NCBI GenBank assembly: GCA_964035545.1
Contig: OZ037770.1
Location: forward strand, 3,442,662-3,506,661
From: Bugula neritina
Taxonomy: Eukaryota > Animalia > Bryozoa
Reading direction: 5' to 3'
Length of the DNA: 64,000 nucleotides
Shown: piece by piece, positions 63,377 to 64,000 of the stretch
Position numbering within the stretch: the first letter of the stretch is position 1
How the letters are laid out: each line of letters opens with the position of its first letter
Notes under the pieces: model-generated
The model's database searches: none
What the model was told of the DNA's origin: nothing
Seen by the model: only the letters and a program-made list of their open reading frames with translations
Made by a program: the position numbers and the translations under genes

Positions 63377-64000
63377 CTTCTACACTATGAGTTATTCATG
63401 CTGCATATAAATAGTGTAGTGCATAATACCCAACACTTATTCAATGCCAACAAGAAAATAAACTCCACTTCAATGTAAATTATAAATTAAAATAAAATTT
63501 ATTTCATCAGTTACCTAATTTCTGCTTAGCTGCTAAATTCTTTTGAAATTTAGATTGTTTTCAAAACAGCAATGTATATAGTTTTAGCTTGGTGAAGTTT
63601 AATTTAAAATTAGCTGTCAGTTGGTTGGTATTACTCTGGGCATGCTATTATTGACACTGCCGATTCATGTTCATTCTAGATCAAATATGAATTATCTTAA
63701 AACTCATGCTATATGTCTTCGTGGACTGAGGCTATATTTAATACATAAATTTATCATCATCCATCATATTTGTTGCCAATAAGTTTGCTAACTATTATTT
63801 AGGTAAACAAGACTATCTCAAGTCAAAGTCCAGTCTGAAGAAAGCCAAACAAATTGAAGAGTTGAAGAGATCAAGCACGCATTACCAGGTCTGTGTTATA
63901 TTTGATTAGACATCAAGTTATTGAGTTACAGCCTCTGGCCCAAGTTTAGCCTAATCATTATCAACTCGTGTGGGTTTATAGTCGCCATCCTTGTGAGAAA
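63377..64000 (+). repeat. Recent duplication of 49674-50293 (TRIQK intron 1, exon 2 at 63803-63888, intron 2), running off the window
   Basis: Near-identical direct copy with a few substitutions and indels; lacks TRIQK coding exon 1. Confidence 0.95.

Overview
AT-rich, intron-rich animal (invertebrate-type) genomic DNA. Host genes were assembled by hand from GT-AG junctions: the 3' half of an SLC18B1-like MFS transporter (+, one frameshift), a 7-exon ankyrin-repeat/caspase fusion gene (-, ~815 aa, QACAG), two inverted ChaC gamma-glutamylcyclotransferase paralogues, a synaptobrevin/VAMP gene (-) with duplicated transmembrane exons, microexons and a luminal tail, and TRIQK (+). Mobile DNA includes a very young full-length Ty3/gypsy element (17250-24855) with an extra zinc-finger/coiled-coil ORF, a broken homologue of that ORF at 62.2-63.3 kb, a decayed 6.7-kb TIR transposon, MITEs, tRNA-derived SINEs, an RTE-like LINE tail and a Penelope-like fragment. 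The strongest unannotated signal is at 60.4-62.2 kb: a (TA)n-rich zone holding a ~274-bp tandem array with type I hammerhead ribozymes (retrozyme/Penelope pseudo-LTR-like) plus two further minimal hammerhead motifs. All calls come from reading the sequence by eye; no searches were run, so novelty is untested.
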